Shown piece by piece: positions 47,572 to 57,800 of a stretch of DNA of 64,000 nucleotides. A program made the translations under genes and the position numbers. The stretch lies in contig CAMBFG010000006.1 in NCBI GenBank assembly GCA_945865925.1, positions 64,760-128,759 on the forward strand. Reading direction: 5' to 3'. How positions within the stretch are numbered: position 1 is the first letter of the stretch; each line of letters opens with the position of its first letter. Under the pieces are notes generated by a model. It was given only the letters and a program-made list of their open reading frames with translations, was not told the origin of the DNA and searched no databases. This stretch comes from Dehalococcoides mccartyi. GTDB lineage: Bacteria; Chloroflexota; Dehalococcoidia; UBA2979.

Positions 47572-49139
47572 GCGACACCGTCCGATGCGCGAAACACGAG
47601 GTGACGTCGCCACGACTCGCGCGGCTCCGGGAAGTCGGTGCGGTAGTGCGCACCGCGTGACTCCTCGCGGGCGAGGGCGGCCTCGGCGGCCATGCGTCCG
47701 CAGGTGACGATCGAGCGCAGTTCGTAGCCGGCGCGGTCGAGGGGTTCGGGGAGCACGGCGGCCCAGCGCGCGAGTTGTTCCGCGGCGGCGCGCAGTCCCT
47801 CGGCGTCCCGCACGATGCCGACGGAGCGCCACATGAGGTCGCGCACGGCCTGCGCGGTGGGCGGCTCGCCGCCGCCTGGGGCCGGGGCGAGGGCCAGGAC
47901 GTCACGCGTGGCCTCGGGTGCGGCGGCGGGCGTCGACTGGCGGTAGAGCCGCTCGACGGTGCGGTGGGCGAAGACGACGGTTTCGAGGAGGGAGTTGGAG
48001 GCGAGGCGGTTCGCGCCGTGGACACCGGTGCAGGCGGTCTCGCCGACCGCGAAGAGGTTGGGGACGGTGGTCTCGCCCCAGGTGTTCGTGCGCACGCCAC
48101 CCATCGTGTAGTGGGCAGCCGGCGAGACGGGGATGCGGTCGCGCGCCATGTCCAGACCGGCCTCACGGCAGGTGGCGTAGATCTGGGGGAAGCGCGCGGC
48201 CAGCCACGCCTCGTCGCGGTCGGTGATGTCGAGGAGGACGTGGTCGCTGCCGGTGCGTGCCATCTCGGCATGTGCGGCGCGGGCGACGATGTCACGCGGG
48301 GCGAGTTCGGCGCGCTCCGGGTCGTACTCGGGCATGAAGCGCCGGCCGTCCGTGCTGTACAGCAGGGCGCCCTCACCGCGGACGGCCTCGGAGATGAGGA
48401 AGACGGGGCGGCCGGGGAGGACGAGGGCGGTGGGGTGGAACTGGGTGAACTCCATGTCCTGCACCTCGGCGCCACACGCGTAGGCAAGCGCCGCGCCGTC
48501 GCCGGTGGAGACGACGGGGTTGGTGGTGGTGCGGTACATCTGGCCGGCGCCGCCGGTCGCGAGGACGACCCGTCCCGCGCCGAAGCGTCGACGTTCGCCG
48601 GTGGTGGTCGTGAAGGTCTCGATGCCGGCGGCGCGCCCGTCCTCGACGACGATGCGGTTCGCCTGCGTGTGTTCGAGGATCGTCACCTCACGCTGGGCGA
48701 GGCTCGACAGCGACAGTTCGATCTCGAGGCCGGTGCCGTCGCCGCGCGCGTGGAGGATGCGCGAGGCCGAGTGGGCCGCCTCCTTGCCGAGGGCGACCTC
48801 GCCGTTGGTCTGGTCGAAGTGGACGCCGTAGCGCACGAGGTCCTTGATGCGGTCGGCCGCCTCGAAGCAGAGGATGTGTGCCGCCTCTTCGTCGACGAGC
48901 CCCGCACCCGCCTCGATGGTGTCCGCGAGGTGTGCGGCGGGCGAGTCGCCCGGCCCGACGGCAGCGGCGATGCCACCCTGCGCGTGGCGGGTGCTGGCCT
49001 CGTCGATGGCGCCCTTGGTGACCACGAGGACGCTCGCGCCGAACTCGCGCGCCTGAATCGCGGCGTAGAGGCCCGCGATGCCGGACCCGACGACGACGAG
49101 GTCGTACGCGTCGCGGACGTCCGCTGTACGCGAGATCAC
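47568..49139 (-). CDS. nadB: L-aspartate oxidase (probable GTG start 49139)
   Basis: FAD-binding DLVVVGSGIAGL, conserved NadB core (RHAQGGIAAA, HYTMGG). Confidence 0.85.
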   Translation of the reverse strand: MISRTADVRDAYDLVVVGSGIAGLYAAIQAREFGASVLVVTKGAIDEASTRHAQGGIAAAVGPGDSPAAHLADTIEAGAGLVDEEAAHILCFEAADRIKDLVRYGVHFDQTNGEVALGKEAAHSASRILHARGDGTGLEIELSLSSLAQREVTILEHTQANRIVVEDGRAAGIETFTTTTGERRRFGAGRVVLATGGAGQMYRTTTNPVVSTGDGAALAYACGAEVQDMEFTQFHPTALVLPGRPVFLISEAVRGEGALLYSTDGRRFMPEYDPERAELAPRDIVARAAHAEMARTGSDHVLLDITDRDEAWLAARFPQIYATCREAGLDMARDRIPVSPAAHYTMGGVRTNTWGETTVPNLFAVGETACTGVHGANRLASNSLLETVVFAHRTVERLYRQSTPAAAPEATRDVLALAPAPGGGEPPTAQAVRDLMWRSVGIVRDAEGLRAAAEQLARWAAVLPEPLDRAGYELRSIVTCGRMAAEAALAREESRGAHYRTDFPEPRESWRRHLVFRASDGVA

Positions 49140-49585
49140 GACGGCGCGCCGACTTCGACGGGCGAGGGCTCGTACTGCGTCACGGCGCTGACGATGGCGG
49201 CCCAGTCGTGCGGGACGACGGGGCGTCCGCTCTGCGCGTCCACGTAGACGTATCGATGGTTGATGCGCGCAACGACCGTGCCGTCGCTCGCCGCGGCGAG
49301 TTCGCACTCGAAGCGCAGGCGACCCTCGACGGCCTCGACGCAGCGAAGGCGGACGATCGCGGCGTCATCCCAGCGCAGCGGCGCGCGGTAGCGGACTTCG
49401 GTGTGCGACTGGAAGCGCAGCACCTCGCGGTGGCTGGGAAGGCCAGCCTCGCGGTCGTACGCGTCGAGGGCGATCTCGGTGAGCGCGAGCATCACGCCGC
49501 CGTGGACGAAGGGTGTGCCGCCGAAGGCGTCGGTGTGACGGAGGGGCATGCGCTGCTCGAACCGGAACGCGGGGGTGTCGGGCAT
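49136..49585 (-). CDS. Hotdog-fold acyl-CoA thioesterase-like protein embedded in nad operon
   Basis: ~150 aa 4HBT-like pattern (RHTDAFGGTPFVHGGVMLALTE). Confidence 0.65.
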   Translation of the reverse strand: MPDTPAFRFEQRMPLRHTDAFGGTPFVHGGVMLALTEIALDAYDREAGLPSHREVLRFQSHTEVRYRAPLRWDDAAIVRLRCVEAVEGRLRFECELAAASDGTVVARINHRYVYVDAQSGRPVVPHDWAAIVSAVTQYEPSPVEVGAPS

Positions 49586-49610
49586 CCTCGGAACTCCGTC
49601 TAGCCCTCGA

Positions 49611-50828
49611 CTACTTGAGGGCGAGCATGCGCTCGAGGGCGACCTTGGCGTCGCGCTTATGCGCCTCGGGCACCTGAATGCGGTTCACCACGCGGCCCTC
49701 GACGAGTTCTTCCATCACCCACGCGAGGTAGGCGGGATGCACTCGATACATCGTGCTGCAGGGGCAGACGACGGGGTCGAGGCAGAAGATCGTCTTGTCC
49801 GGGTGCTCCTTCGCGAGACGCGAGACCAGGTTGATCTCGGTGCCCACGCCAATCACCGCGCCGGCCGGGGCCTGCTCGATGTACTTCACGATGTAAGCGG
49901 TGGAACCGTTGGCGTCCGCGGCCTGCACGACATCGGCGCGACACTCGGGGTGTACGACGATCTTCGCTTCGGGGTAGCGGGCGCGTGCCTGCTCGATCTG
50001 CGACACCGTGAAGCGCTGATGCACGGAGCAGTGCCCCTGCCACAGAATGATCCGCGACCGCTCGAGTTCTTCGACGCTGGCGCCGCCTCGGCTGCCGGCC
50101 GGACGCCGCCAGTTCCACAGGGTCATCTGCTCGAGGGGGATGCCCATCGCGTGGCCGGTGTTGCGTCCGAGGTGCTGGTCCGGGAAGAAGAAGACGCGCT
50201 TGCCTCGCTGGAACGCCCACTCGAGGACTTTGCCGGCGTTCGAGGAGGTGCAGACGACGCCGTTGTTGGCGCCGCAGAACGCCTTCAGGCTCGCGGCGGA
50301 ATTCATGTAGGTGACGGGGATGATGTCATCCGTGCTGCCGAAGATCTCGCGCAGTTCCGCCCAGGCGGCGAGGACATCGGGCTCGGCGGCCATGTCCGCC
50401 ATCGAGCAGCCGGCCTCGATGTTCGGGAGGATCGTCTGCTGGTGGGGCGCGGCGAGGATGTCGGCGGCCTCCGCCATGAAGTGCACGCCACAGAAGACGA
50501 TGTAGTCCGCCTCCGGCCGCTCCGCCGCGTACTGGGCGAGGGCGAACGAGTCACCTCGTTCGTCGGCGAACTGGATGATGTCCTCGCGCTGGTAGTGGTG
50601 CCCGAGGATCACGACGCGCGTCCCGAGGGTCGCTCGCGCCGTGCGGATGCGCTCGGCAAGTTCGGGGGCTTCCATCGTCCAGTAGCGCTCCGGTATAGAG
50701 GGCTGCCACGAGGAGAAGGCGACTTCCTGCGCGAGCGGGACGGTGTCGATGCCCGTGTTGGTCTCGCACTGGAGTTGGGCGATCGGGAACGACTTGTAGT
50801 CGATGGTGGGTGTCTTGATGGGAGTCAT
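49611..50828 (-). CDS. nadA: Quinolinate synthase A (start ATG 50828; track start at TTG 50864 judged spurious)
   Basis: NadA three-repeat fold with conserved Cys ligands; MTPIKTPTIDYKS N-terminus. Confidence 0.9.
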   Translation of the reverse strand: MTPIKTPTIDYKSFPIAQLQCETNTGIDTVPLAQEVAFSSWQPSIPERYWTMEAPELAERIRTARATLGTRVVILGHHYQREDIIQFADERGDSFALAQYAAERPEADYIVFCGVHFMAEAADILAAPHQQTILPNIEAGCSMADMAAEPDVLAAWAELREIFGSTDDIIPVTYMNSAASLKAFCGANNGVVCTSSNAGKVLEWAFQRGKRVFFFPDQHLGRNTGHAMGIPLEQMTLWNWRRPAGSRGGASVEELERSRIILWQGHCSVHQRFTVSQIEQARARYPEAKIVVHPECRADVVQAADANGSTAYIVKYIEQAPAGAVIGVGTEINLVSRLAKEHPDKTIFCLDPVVCPCSTMYRVHPAYLAWVMEELVEGRVVNRIQVPEAHKRDAKVALERMLALK

Positions 50829-50843
50829 GGCGGGCCTCACGTC

Positions 50844-50866
50844 CTTTGCGTATCTAGTACGCAAAG
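50844..50866. promoter_or_regulatory. Perfect palindrome CTTTGCGTA-tctag-TACGCAAAG 15-38 nt upstream of nadA start: candidate NrtR operator
   Basis: Read directly; 9-bp perfect inverted arms with 5-nt spacer; NrtR-like regulator encoded at 55752-56408. Confidence 0.5.
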
Positions 50867-50929
50867 TGGTTCGTGTGAAGGGTACGCTTTCTCCCTCGGG
50901 CGGGTCAATACGCGGGTGATAGAGGGTAG

Positions 50930-53212
50930 TCAGGGGCGGTTTGACGCCGCTGCCATCCCGAGTGCCTCGGCCCGCCCTGCGCAGTCGTACAGAGACGTCC
51001 GATAGCGCTGAGGCAGGCTGGGATCGCGCACGGGCGTGCAGGCAGCGCGGACGGCGTTCATGATCGCGGTCGGGCCGTCCTGGAGCGCCCCAGCATTGGG
51101 CGGAGGCACCCGCTGCGGCAGCGCTCCTGGCTGCGCTCCTGATGGCTGCGGCCGTGGTCCCCGCGGTGCTCCACCCGGGCGCGCACCCGCTGGAGCGCCG
51201 TCGGGAGCCAGCGCGCCGTTCGGCCCAATGCGAGGCGGCGTGAAGCCGGGTGTGCCCGGAACGGGCTGAGGCGGTCCCTGCGCTGGCTGGGCGTTCGGCG
51301 GTGGCCCCGGGACGCCGGCGGTGTCAGTGCTGACGTAGCGCACATCGCCGCGGGCCACGATCGCCGCGAACTCCTCCACGCTGATCGTCCGGTCGCGCCC
51401 GGAGAAACCGCCGAGTGCCATCACCGAGAGCGAGTGCCTCGCGATCAGCGTCGAGCCAGTCTGGGCGCTCGCGACGGCGAGGTCCCAGCGGGGGGACTCA
51501 TCGTTGTGCGCCTGCAGCCACTCCGCGATCTGGCCCGTGCCGTCATCAAAGGCCTGGGAGCCGAAGGTGCGTCCGGCAGCGCCTTGCCGAGGCCCGGCCT
51601 GAGGGAGACTCGCGTTGAGCGACGCCTGGTTCGTTTCGGCGAGCGACCATGCGCCGGGCAGCAGCAGTAACGCCCCAAGCGCGAGCCCCATCCCGGCCTG
51701 GTGCGGAACGCGCTTCCAAAACGTCGCGACGGCGAGGGCCCCTCCGCCGGTAATGGCCCCCGCGACCACATATGGACGCAGCCAGCCGAAGAAGTTCGGC
51801 TCCCGCCCTGCCACATCGATCTGCACGAGCACGGTCGCAGTGAGTGCGAGCACGACCATTACGAGCCAGGCGCGATGCCGGCGCACGACCTCGACCGCGG
51901 TGACGGAGTTGATCCCGACGAGCGCGGCAATGCCCGGCGCGAGGGCGGCGGTGTAATAGGAGTGGTAAATCCCCTCGGCATAGGAAAAGACTGCCGCGTG
52001 GAGCAGCACCCAACCGACGAAAAGCGCCAGTGTGGCGCGTCGCGCGGCATGGTCGCGCCACAGGTACGCCGACCACCCAGCACCGATGAGCGCGAACGGA
52101 AGCAGCCACGCGATCTGGCCACCGTTGGCAGCGTCGAACATGCGCCACGTGCCCGGAGAGCCTGCGATGATCCCGCCGGGGCCGCGGGCGCCGCCTGGGG
52201 CAGGCGGAGGTCCGACGGGCCCTGGCCCAACCCCGGGGGGCTGACCACCGTTGCCGTCCGGAGCGGGTGGACTCGCGGGTGGTTGTGCACCTCGGTTGCG
52301 GCTGAAACCCTGGCCGTCGCCGTCCACGCGACTGACGCCGTTGTAGCCGAGCACAAGGTCCTGCACGGTGTTGTTCGTGCTGCCGCCGATGTATGGGCGC
52401 GAGTCCTCCGGCAGGCGGTCGACGACGAGCATCCAGGATGCGGAAGCCGCGAGTGTGACCGCCCCCAGCACGACAAGTCGTCCGAGTGTCGGACGCAGCG
52501 CAGCGCGCCACGGCCCGGACCATCCGACGAGGATCGCGACCACAAGGGCCGGCCCCGGGATCCAACCGGCGAGCATCTTCGAGTTGAAGGCGATGCCGAC
52601 GAGCAGTCCCGCGAGCGCTGCCCACACCCACCATCGACGGGCCTCGAGCGATCGCAGGACCGCGCCTGCCGCTCCGATCAGGGCAAGGAGGTAGAACGGC
52701 TCAGGAAGGTTGAGGCGGTTCACTGCAACGGAAATTGGGGTGAGTGCGAGTGCCAGCGCAGCGATCGTCGCTGCGGCCGTGCCGAAGTACCGGCGCACGA
52801 TGAGCCACAGGACTCCGACAGTTACTGCACCGGCGAACGCACTTGGGAGCAGGATCGCCCACGTGGAGTAGCCGAAGAGTCGGGCCGAGAGCGCACCCAT
52901 CCAGAGGAAGAACGGTGGCTTGTCGACGGTGATGAAGCCGCCTGGGTCAAAGGCCCCGAAGAAGAAGTTGCTCCATGAGAGCGTCATCGAACGGACGGCG
53001 GCGGCGTAGTAAGTGTTCCCCCATCCGGCCTGTCCCAGCCGCCACGCGTTCATCCCGAACGACAGTGAGATCACTCCGGCCAGTGGCAACCACCGGAGGT
53101 ATCGCTTGGGTACGCGCGCGAGCACGCGTTGCACCATCGGCGGCAGACCTGGCCGCTCGAGGGTGTCCGCGCCTTCAGTCTGGATCACGTCGGCTGTCGC
53201 GTCGGTCGCCAC
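50930..53212 (-). CDS. GT39-family (ArnT/PMT-like) membrane glycosyltransferase with Pro/Gly-rich low-complexity inserts
   Basis: N-terminal multi-TM GT-C domain with DxD-like loop, long PG-rich segments, C-terminal periplasmic domain. Confidence 0.75.
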   Translation of the reverse strand: MATDATADVIQTEGADTLERPGLPPMVQRVLARVPKRYLRWLPLAGVISLSFGMNAWRLGQAGWGNTYYAAAVRSMTLSWSNFFFGAFDPGGFITVDKPPFFLWMGALSARLFGYSTWAILLPSAFAGAVTVGVLWLIVRRYFGTAAATIAALALALTPISVAVNRLNLPEPFYLLALIGAAGAVLRSLEARRWWVWAALAGLLVGIAFNSKMLAGWIPGPALVVAILVGWSGPWRAALRPTLGRLVVLGAVTLAASASWMLVVDRLPEDSRPYIGGSTNNTVQDLVLGYNGVSRVDGDGQGFSRNRGAQPPASPPAPDGNGGQPPGVGPGPVGPPPAPGGARGPGGIIAGSPGTWRMFDAANGGQIAWLLPFALIGAGWSAYLWRDHAARRATLALFVGWVLLHAAVFSYAEGIYHSYYTAALAPGIAALVGINSVTAVEVVRRHRAWLVMVVLALTATVLVQIDVAGREPNFFGWLRPYVVAGAITGGGALAVATFWKRVPHQAGMGLALGALLLLPGAWSLAETNQASLNASLPQAGPRQGAAGRTFGSQAFDDGTGQIAEWLQAHNDESPRWDLAVASAQTGSTLIARHSLSVMALGGFSGRDRTISVEEFAAIVARGDVRYVSTDTAGVPGPPPNAQPAQGPPQPVPGTPGFTPPRIGPNGALAPDGAPAGARPGGAPRGPRPQPSGAQPGALPQRVPPPNAGALQDGPTAIMNAVRAACTPVRDPSLPQRYRTSLYDCAGRAEALGMAAASNRP

Positions 53213-53357
53213 GATCCTCCTGCGCCCCGCATCCTGCGGGATGACGGCCAGATGCTAGCGAGCCGGGGTTCAGGTCTTCTTTGTGGAGTGAGGCAGTGAG
53301 TGCACGGAGTCGCCGTCCGCGAGGACGAGGTTGAAGTACCGGGCGAGGAGACGTGAC

Positions 53358-54806
53358 TCAGGCGTCGCTCGCCGCCGCCGCCCGAGTCGCTCGTTCCGCT
53401 CGATCTGCGATCGCTCTCGGCATTCCGCTGAAGATGCGGTCGTGAATCGGCAAGAGGAGGTACCAGTACAGGAGTCCAGGGAGGCCGGCTGGATGGAAGC
53501 GGGCCGCGGTGATCAGCGTGCATGTCGTCGGCGTGTCGGCGATGACCTCGAACTCGAGCGCCGCTGCGCCGGGCACCTTCATCTCTGCGACGAGCGTTAG
53601 GCGCTTCCCCGGTTCGACCTCGACGACGCGCCAGAAGTCGAGTGCATCCCCGGATCGAATGTCACGCGGATGCCGCCGCCCCCGCCTCATCCCCACCCCG
53701 CCGACGCAGCGGTCGAGGAGCCCGCGCAGGCGCCAGAGGACGTCCGCGTAGTAATAACCCCGCTGCCCACCGATTGAGGCCACCAGTTCCCAGACGCCTT
53801 CGGATGGGGCGTTGACCGTCGTTCTCACCTGCGCACCTTTGGAGTAGAACGAGACATCTGGGTTGTAGCCGCGAAAGGCCAACGCCCCCTCAGTCCAGCG
53901 GATCGGCATGCGGGCGGCGCGCTCTTCTAGCAGGGCTGCGGTCACGGCTTCTCGGTAGGTGTGCAGCCGGATCGGGACCAGCCGCCGGATCGCGGCGTCG
54001 TCCGCGGGGAGGTCGTGGCGCAACCCATCGATGAGCGGGCGTACGACCGACGCCGGGACACTCGTGACGAGGTCGAGCCAGTAGGACGAGAGACGCGGCG
54101 TCAGCACCGGGAGCGAGATCACGTAGCTTCGCTTGCCGGTGACCTCTGCGAACTGCCGCAGCAGTTCCGCGTAGCTCAGCAATTCCGGTCCGCCGACATC
54201 GAATGTCTGTCCGGCCGTCTCGCTCACTTCAGCAACCGCGCAGAGGTACTCGATCAGGTCGCCGAGGGCGATCGGTTGCGACCGCGATCTGACCCATCGA
54301 GGTGTGGTCATCACCGGCAGGTGGTTGACCAGATCCCGGATCACCTCGAAGGCTGCCGAACCGGGTCCGACGACGATTCCCGCGCGGAGTTCGGTGACCG
54401 GGAGGCCGGTCGCTCGCAGCACCTCGCCAGTCTCGCGACGCGACTCGAGGTGCGCGGAGGGATCGCCAGGCGGCTGAATCCCACCGAGATAAACGATGCG
54501 CCCGACCCCTGCTTTTCGTGCAGCCTCGGCGAAGTTGTGGGCGCCGATCCGATCGCGTTCCTGAAAGTCCTTGCCCGAGCCCATCGAGTGGACCAGGTAG
54601 TACGCGACGCCGATGCCGGCGAGTGCGCTCCCAAGGGTGTCGGGCTTGAGCACGTCCGCCTCGCAGCACTCAACGCCCACCCAGTCGCGAGCAGCCAGCG
54701 TCGCAGCTGACCGCGCCGCGGCCCGTACCCGGTGACCGCGATGCATGAGCGCAGGCACCAAGTGGCTGCCGACGTACCCACTGGCGCCGATTACGAGGAT
54801 GTTCAT
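53358..54806 (-). CDS. NAD(P)-binding SDR/NmrA-like domain fused to DUF2867 (start ATG 54806)
   Basis: MNILVIGASGYVGSHLV Rossmann start; C-terminal DUF2867-like region; track N-terminal extension is low-complexity and judged spurious. Confidence 0.7.
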   Translation of the reverse strand: MNILVIGASGYVGSHLVPALMHRGHRVRAAARSAATLAARDWVGVECCEADVLKPDTLGSALAGIGVAYYLVHSMGSGKDFQERDRIGAHNFAEAARKAGVGRIVYLGGIQPPGDPSAHLESRRETGEVLRATGLPVTELRAGIVVGPGSAAFEVIRDLVNHLPVMTTPRWVRSRSQPIALGDLIEYLCAVAEVSETAGQTFDVGGPELLSYAELLRQFAEVTGKRSYVISLPVLTPRLSSYWLDLVTSVPASVVRPLIDGLRHDLPADDAAIRRLVPIRLHTYREAVTAALLEERAARMPIRWTEGALAFRGYNPDVSFYSKGAQVRTTVNAPSEGVWELVASIGGQRGYYYADVLWRLRGLLDRCVGGVGMRRGRRHPRDIRSGDALDFWRVVEVEPGKRLTLVAEMKVPGAAALEFEVIADTPTTCTLITAARFHPAGLPGLLYWYLLLPIHDRIFSGMPRAIADRAERATRAAAASDA

Positions 54807-54834
54807 CCCAACATCATACGGCGCGCGGGAACTG

Positions 54835-55755
54835 CTACCCCTCGAACTCCGCCTGTAGGCGTGGCATGACCTCGAGGGCGATGCGGGCGAGTTGGGCCGT
54901 CCGGTCGCCGCCGGCGAGGACGAGGTTGAAGTGGCGGACGCCGGCGTCCACGTACTCGCGGAGGCGGGCGACCCACATCTCCGTGTCGCCGTAGACGGTG
55001 TAACGCTCGAAGCGTTCGAAGGGGACGCGGTAGGTGGACTCGATGCGCTCGGCGATGGTGGGGAGGGCGACGGCGAGGTCGTCGTCGAACATGCCCCAGA
55101 GTTGCAGGGCGGGGCGGATCGCGGTGGGGTCACGGCCGAGTGCCTCTGCCTCGGCGTGGACGTTCGCGAGGCCCTGTGCGAAGTGCTCGGGCGTGGTGAC
55201 GAAGGGCATCCAGGCGTCGCCGAAGCGGGCGGCACGGCGCTGTGCGGGCCTCGCCCGGCCGCCTACCCAGAGGGGGATCGGAGGCGAGGGGACGAGGTCG
55301 AGGGTGGCGTCGTCGACATCGATGGCGGTGTTGTGCAGGGTGACGGGGTCGCCGGTCCACAGCGCACGCACCGCCTCGAGGGTGTCGTCCAGGCGGCGGC
55401 CGCGGTCGGCGAGGGGGACGCCGGAGGCCTCGAACTCCTTGGGGTATTCGCCGCCGGTGCCGACGCCGAGGCGGAAGCGGCCGTTGGAGATCCACTGGAG
55501 CGTCGCGGTCTGCTTCGCGAGGGGGGCCGCGCCTCGGAGTGCGGCGAGCATCACCCCGGTGCCGAGGCCGATGCGCGAGGTGACGGCGGCGGCAGCAGAG
55601 AGCAGCACGACGGGCTCCGGCCAGAAGACGGGCCACAGCACGTGGTCACCCACCCACACGGAGTCGTAGCCCAACTCCTCGGCGACCTGGACGGAGGCGA
55701 GGAACTCCTCGGGCGTGGCGCCGCCGGGGAGGACGCCGAAGGTGAGGTCGCTCAC
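54835..55755 (-). CDS. Luciferase-like (LLM) flavin/F420-dependent oxidoreductase (GTG start 55755)
   Basis: LLM TIM-barrel pattern (GYDSVWVGDH...GLGTG); GTGA overlap with nrtR stop. Confidence 0.75.
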   Translation of the reverse strand: MSDLTFGVLPGGATPEEFLASVQVAEELGYDSVWVGDHVLWPVFWPEPVVLLSAAAAVTSRIGLGTGVMLAALRGAAPLAKQTATLQWISNGRFRLGVGTGGEYPKEFEASGVPLADRGRRLDDTLEAVRALWTGDPVTLHNTAIDVDDATLDLVPSPPIPLWVGGRARPAQRRAARFGDAWMPFVTTPEHFAQGLANVHAEAEALGRDPTAIRPALQLWGMFDDDLAVALPTIAERIESTYRVPFERFERYTVYGDTEMWVARLREYVDAGVRHFNLVLAGGDRTAQLARIALEVMPRLQAEFEG

Positions 55756-56408
55756 AGGATCACGGGTTCGCGTGAGACGAAGCGGAACAGCTGCGCGGGG
55801 CGGTGCGCCCCTGCTCGGCGGTGTTCCAAGGTGGCCTCGATGATGCCGGCGGAGAGCATGCGCTTGCGGAAGTTCCGGCGGTCGAGCGGGCGGCGCAGGA
55901 TCGCCTCGTAGACGGCCTGGAGTTCGCGCAGCGTGAACTGCTCGGGCAGCAGACCGTAGGCGATGTTGGTGTAGTCCAACTTCGCGCCGACACGCGCGGC
56001 GGCCTGCTCGATCACGGTGTTGTTGTCGAAGGCGAGGGGCGGCAGCGCGTCCACCGGCAGCCATCCGGGATGCCACGCCTCTTCCTCGCGCAGGCGCACC
56101 TTCGAGGCCTCGACGAGCGCGAAGTAGGCGACGGCGACCGAGGGACGCGCGGGGTCGAGGCCGGAGATCGTGAACAACTGCTCGAGGTAGAGGTCGGTGA
56201 TGCCGGTCTCCTCGACGAGTTTGCGTGTCGCGGCGGCGTCGAGGCTTTCCGAGCCGTCCCAGCGGCCACCGGGTAGTGCCCATTTGCCTTGCTCGGGCTC
56301 ATCGGTGCGGTGGACGAGCAGCACCTGCAGGTGTCCGTCCGTGACCGCGAGGATCACGACGATCGAGGCGACAGACGGGATCGGTTCGGGTGTTGCTGGT
56401 GGTGGCAT
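55752..56408 (-). CDS. nrtR: Nudix-related transcriptional regulator NrtR-like (Nudix domain + C-terminal winged helix)
   Basis: Nudix box region GGRWDGSESLDAAATRKLVEETG followed by ~90-aa C-terminal domain as in NrtR; proximity to nadABC. Confidence 0.65.
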   Translation of the reverse strand: MPPPATPEPIPSVASIVVILAVTDGHLQVLLVHRTDEPEQGKWALPGGRWDGSESLDAAATRKLVEETGITDLYLEQLFTISGLDPARPSVAVAYFALVEASKVRLREEEAWHPGWLPVDALPPLAFDNNTVIEQAAARVGAKLDYTNIAYGLLPEQFTLRELQAVYEAILRRPLDRRNFRKRMLSAGIIEATLEHRRAGAHRPAQLFRFVSREPVIL

Positions 56409-56426
56409 CGATAGATCGTGCGAGGC

Positions 56427-57743
56427 CTACAGCACCGCGAAGGAGAGGGTGCCGGCGACGCGTCCCTGCAGCGACCACGGTGTGACCTGGTCGACGGTCA
56501 CGCGCACGAGGTCGCCGATGCGGTTGGTGGCGTCGAAATGGACCAACTGGCCTCGGCGCGTGCGGCCGGTCGAGCGGCCATCCTGCTCCGACTCCACGAG
56601 GACCTCGACGGTCTGGTTGAGCAGGCGCTGGTTGATGCGCGTGGCAGAGGCGGCGTGCAGGCCCTCGATCACCTGAAGGCGGGCCTTCTTCACCTCGCGC
56701 GGGACGTCGTCCGCCATGTTGCGATGGGCGAAGGTGCCGGGGCGCGGCGAGTAGGCGGCGACGTGGATCGTGTCGAACTGCGTGCGCTCAATGAGGGCGA
56801 CGGTGTCCGCGAACTCCTCGTCCGTCTCGCCGGGGCAGCCGACGATGACGTCCGTGACGATGGCGGCGTCCGGCATGCGCGTGCGGATGCGGGCCACGCG
56901 CTCCTCGAACTCCGCGAGGGTGTAGCCGCGACGCATGCGCTCCAGCATCGAGTCCGAGCCGGACTGCACGGGGATGTTGAAGTACTCGCAGACCTTTGGC
57001 TGGTCGGCGACGGCATCGATGATGCGGCCGGTCATGTCCTTCGGGTAGGACGTGAGGAAGCGCACGCGCTTCACGCCGTCGATCGCGTCGATGCCCTCGA
57101 ACAGCGTGGCGAGGTCTGGGCGCTCTGCGAGATCGTGCCCGTAGGCCTCGACGGTCTGGCCGAGCAGCGTCACCTCGCGCACGCCGTGCTCGGCGAGGAA
57201 GCGGACCTCGTCGAGGATGTCGTCGACGGGTCGGGAGTCCTCGCGGCCGCGACGGAGCGGGACGATGCAGTAGGTGCAGAACTTGTCGCAGCCGTGGATC
57301 ACCGGCACGTAGGCCGTCGGCCCCTTCGGTAGCGAGTACGTCCGCGTCATCCCGCCAGCGAGCAGCGATCCCAGTTCGCCGTCCGAGGCGTCACGCGCCT
57401 CGGCGGCCATCGCGAGGATGCCATCGAACTGCTGGGGCCGCGCCCACTCGTCGACGACGGGGAAGCGACGGCGGAGGTCGTCCGTCTTCGGCCCGACCAT
57501 GCAGCCCATGACGACGATCTTGGCGGTGGAGCCCTCGACGCGTCGTTGCTTGAGGATGCCGAGGCGCCCGTAGGCGCGGTCCTCGGCGTGCTGACGCACG
57601 GAGCAGGTGTTGATGACGACGAGGTCAGCCGCCGTGTCGTCCTCGACCGGGTGGTAGCCGAGGCGTTCGAGCCCGGCGGCGAGTTTGAGGGAGTCGGCCT
57701 GGTTCATCTGGCAGCCGAGCGTCCAGATGTGGAAGGTGGCCAT
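56427..57743 (-). CDS. miaB: tRNA-i6A37 methylthiotransferase MiaB (start ATG 57743)
   Basis: MATFHIWTLGCQMNQADS..., radical SAM CxxxCxxC, TRAM domain. Confidence 0.9.
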   Translation of the reverse strand: MATFHIWTLGCQMNQADSLKLAAGLERLGYHPVEDDTAADLVVINTCSVRQHAEDRAYGRLGILKQRRVEGSTAKIVVMGCMVGPKTDDLRRRFPVVDEWARPQQFDGILAMAAEARDASDGELGSLLAGGMTRTYSLPKGPTAYVPVIHGCDKFCTYCIVPLRRGREDSRPVDDILDEVRFLAEHGVREVTLLGQTVEAYGHDLAERPDLATLFEGIDAIDGVKRVRFLTSYPKDMTGRIIDAVADQPKVCEYFNIPVQSGSDSMLERMRRGYTLAEFEERVARIRTRMPDAAIVTDVIVGCPGETDEEFADTVALIERTQFDTIHVAAYSPRPGTFAHRNMADDVPREVKKARLQVIEGLHAASATRINQRLLNQTVEVLVESEQDGRSTGRTRRGQLVHFDATNRIGDLVRVTVDQVTPWSLQGRVAGTLSFAVL

Positions 57744-57800
57744 CGGTCGGTCCTTTGGGGACAACGTGTCCTGGGAGTGGGGTCCTCCGGTGTATGGGGC

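Noticed and set aside
51036-52978. Several plus-strand ORFs of 77-425 aa
   Set aside because: All antisense to the GT39 glycosyltransferase gene whose Pro/Gly-rich segments create long open frames on the opposite strand
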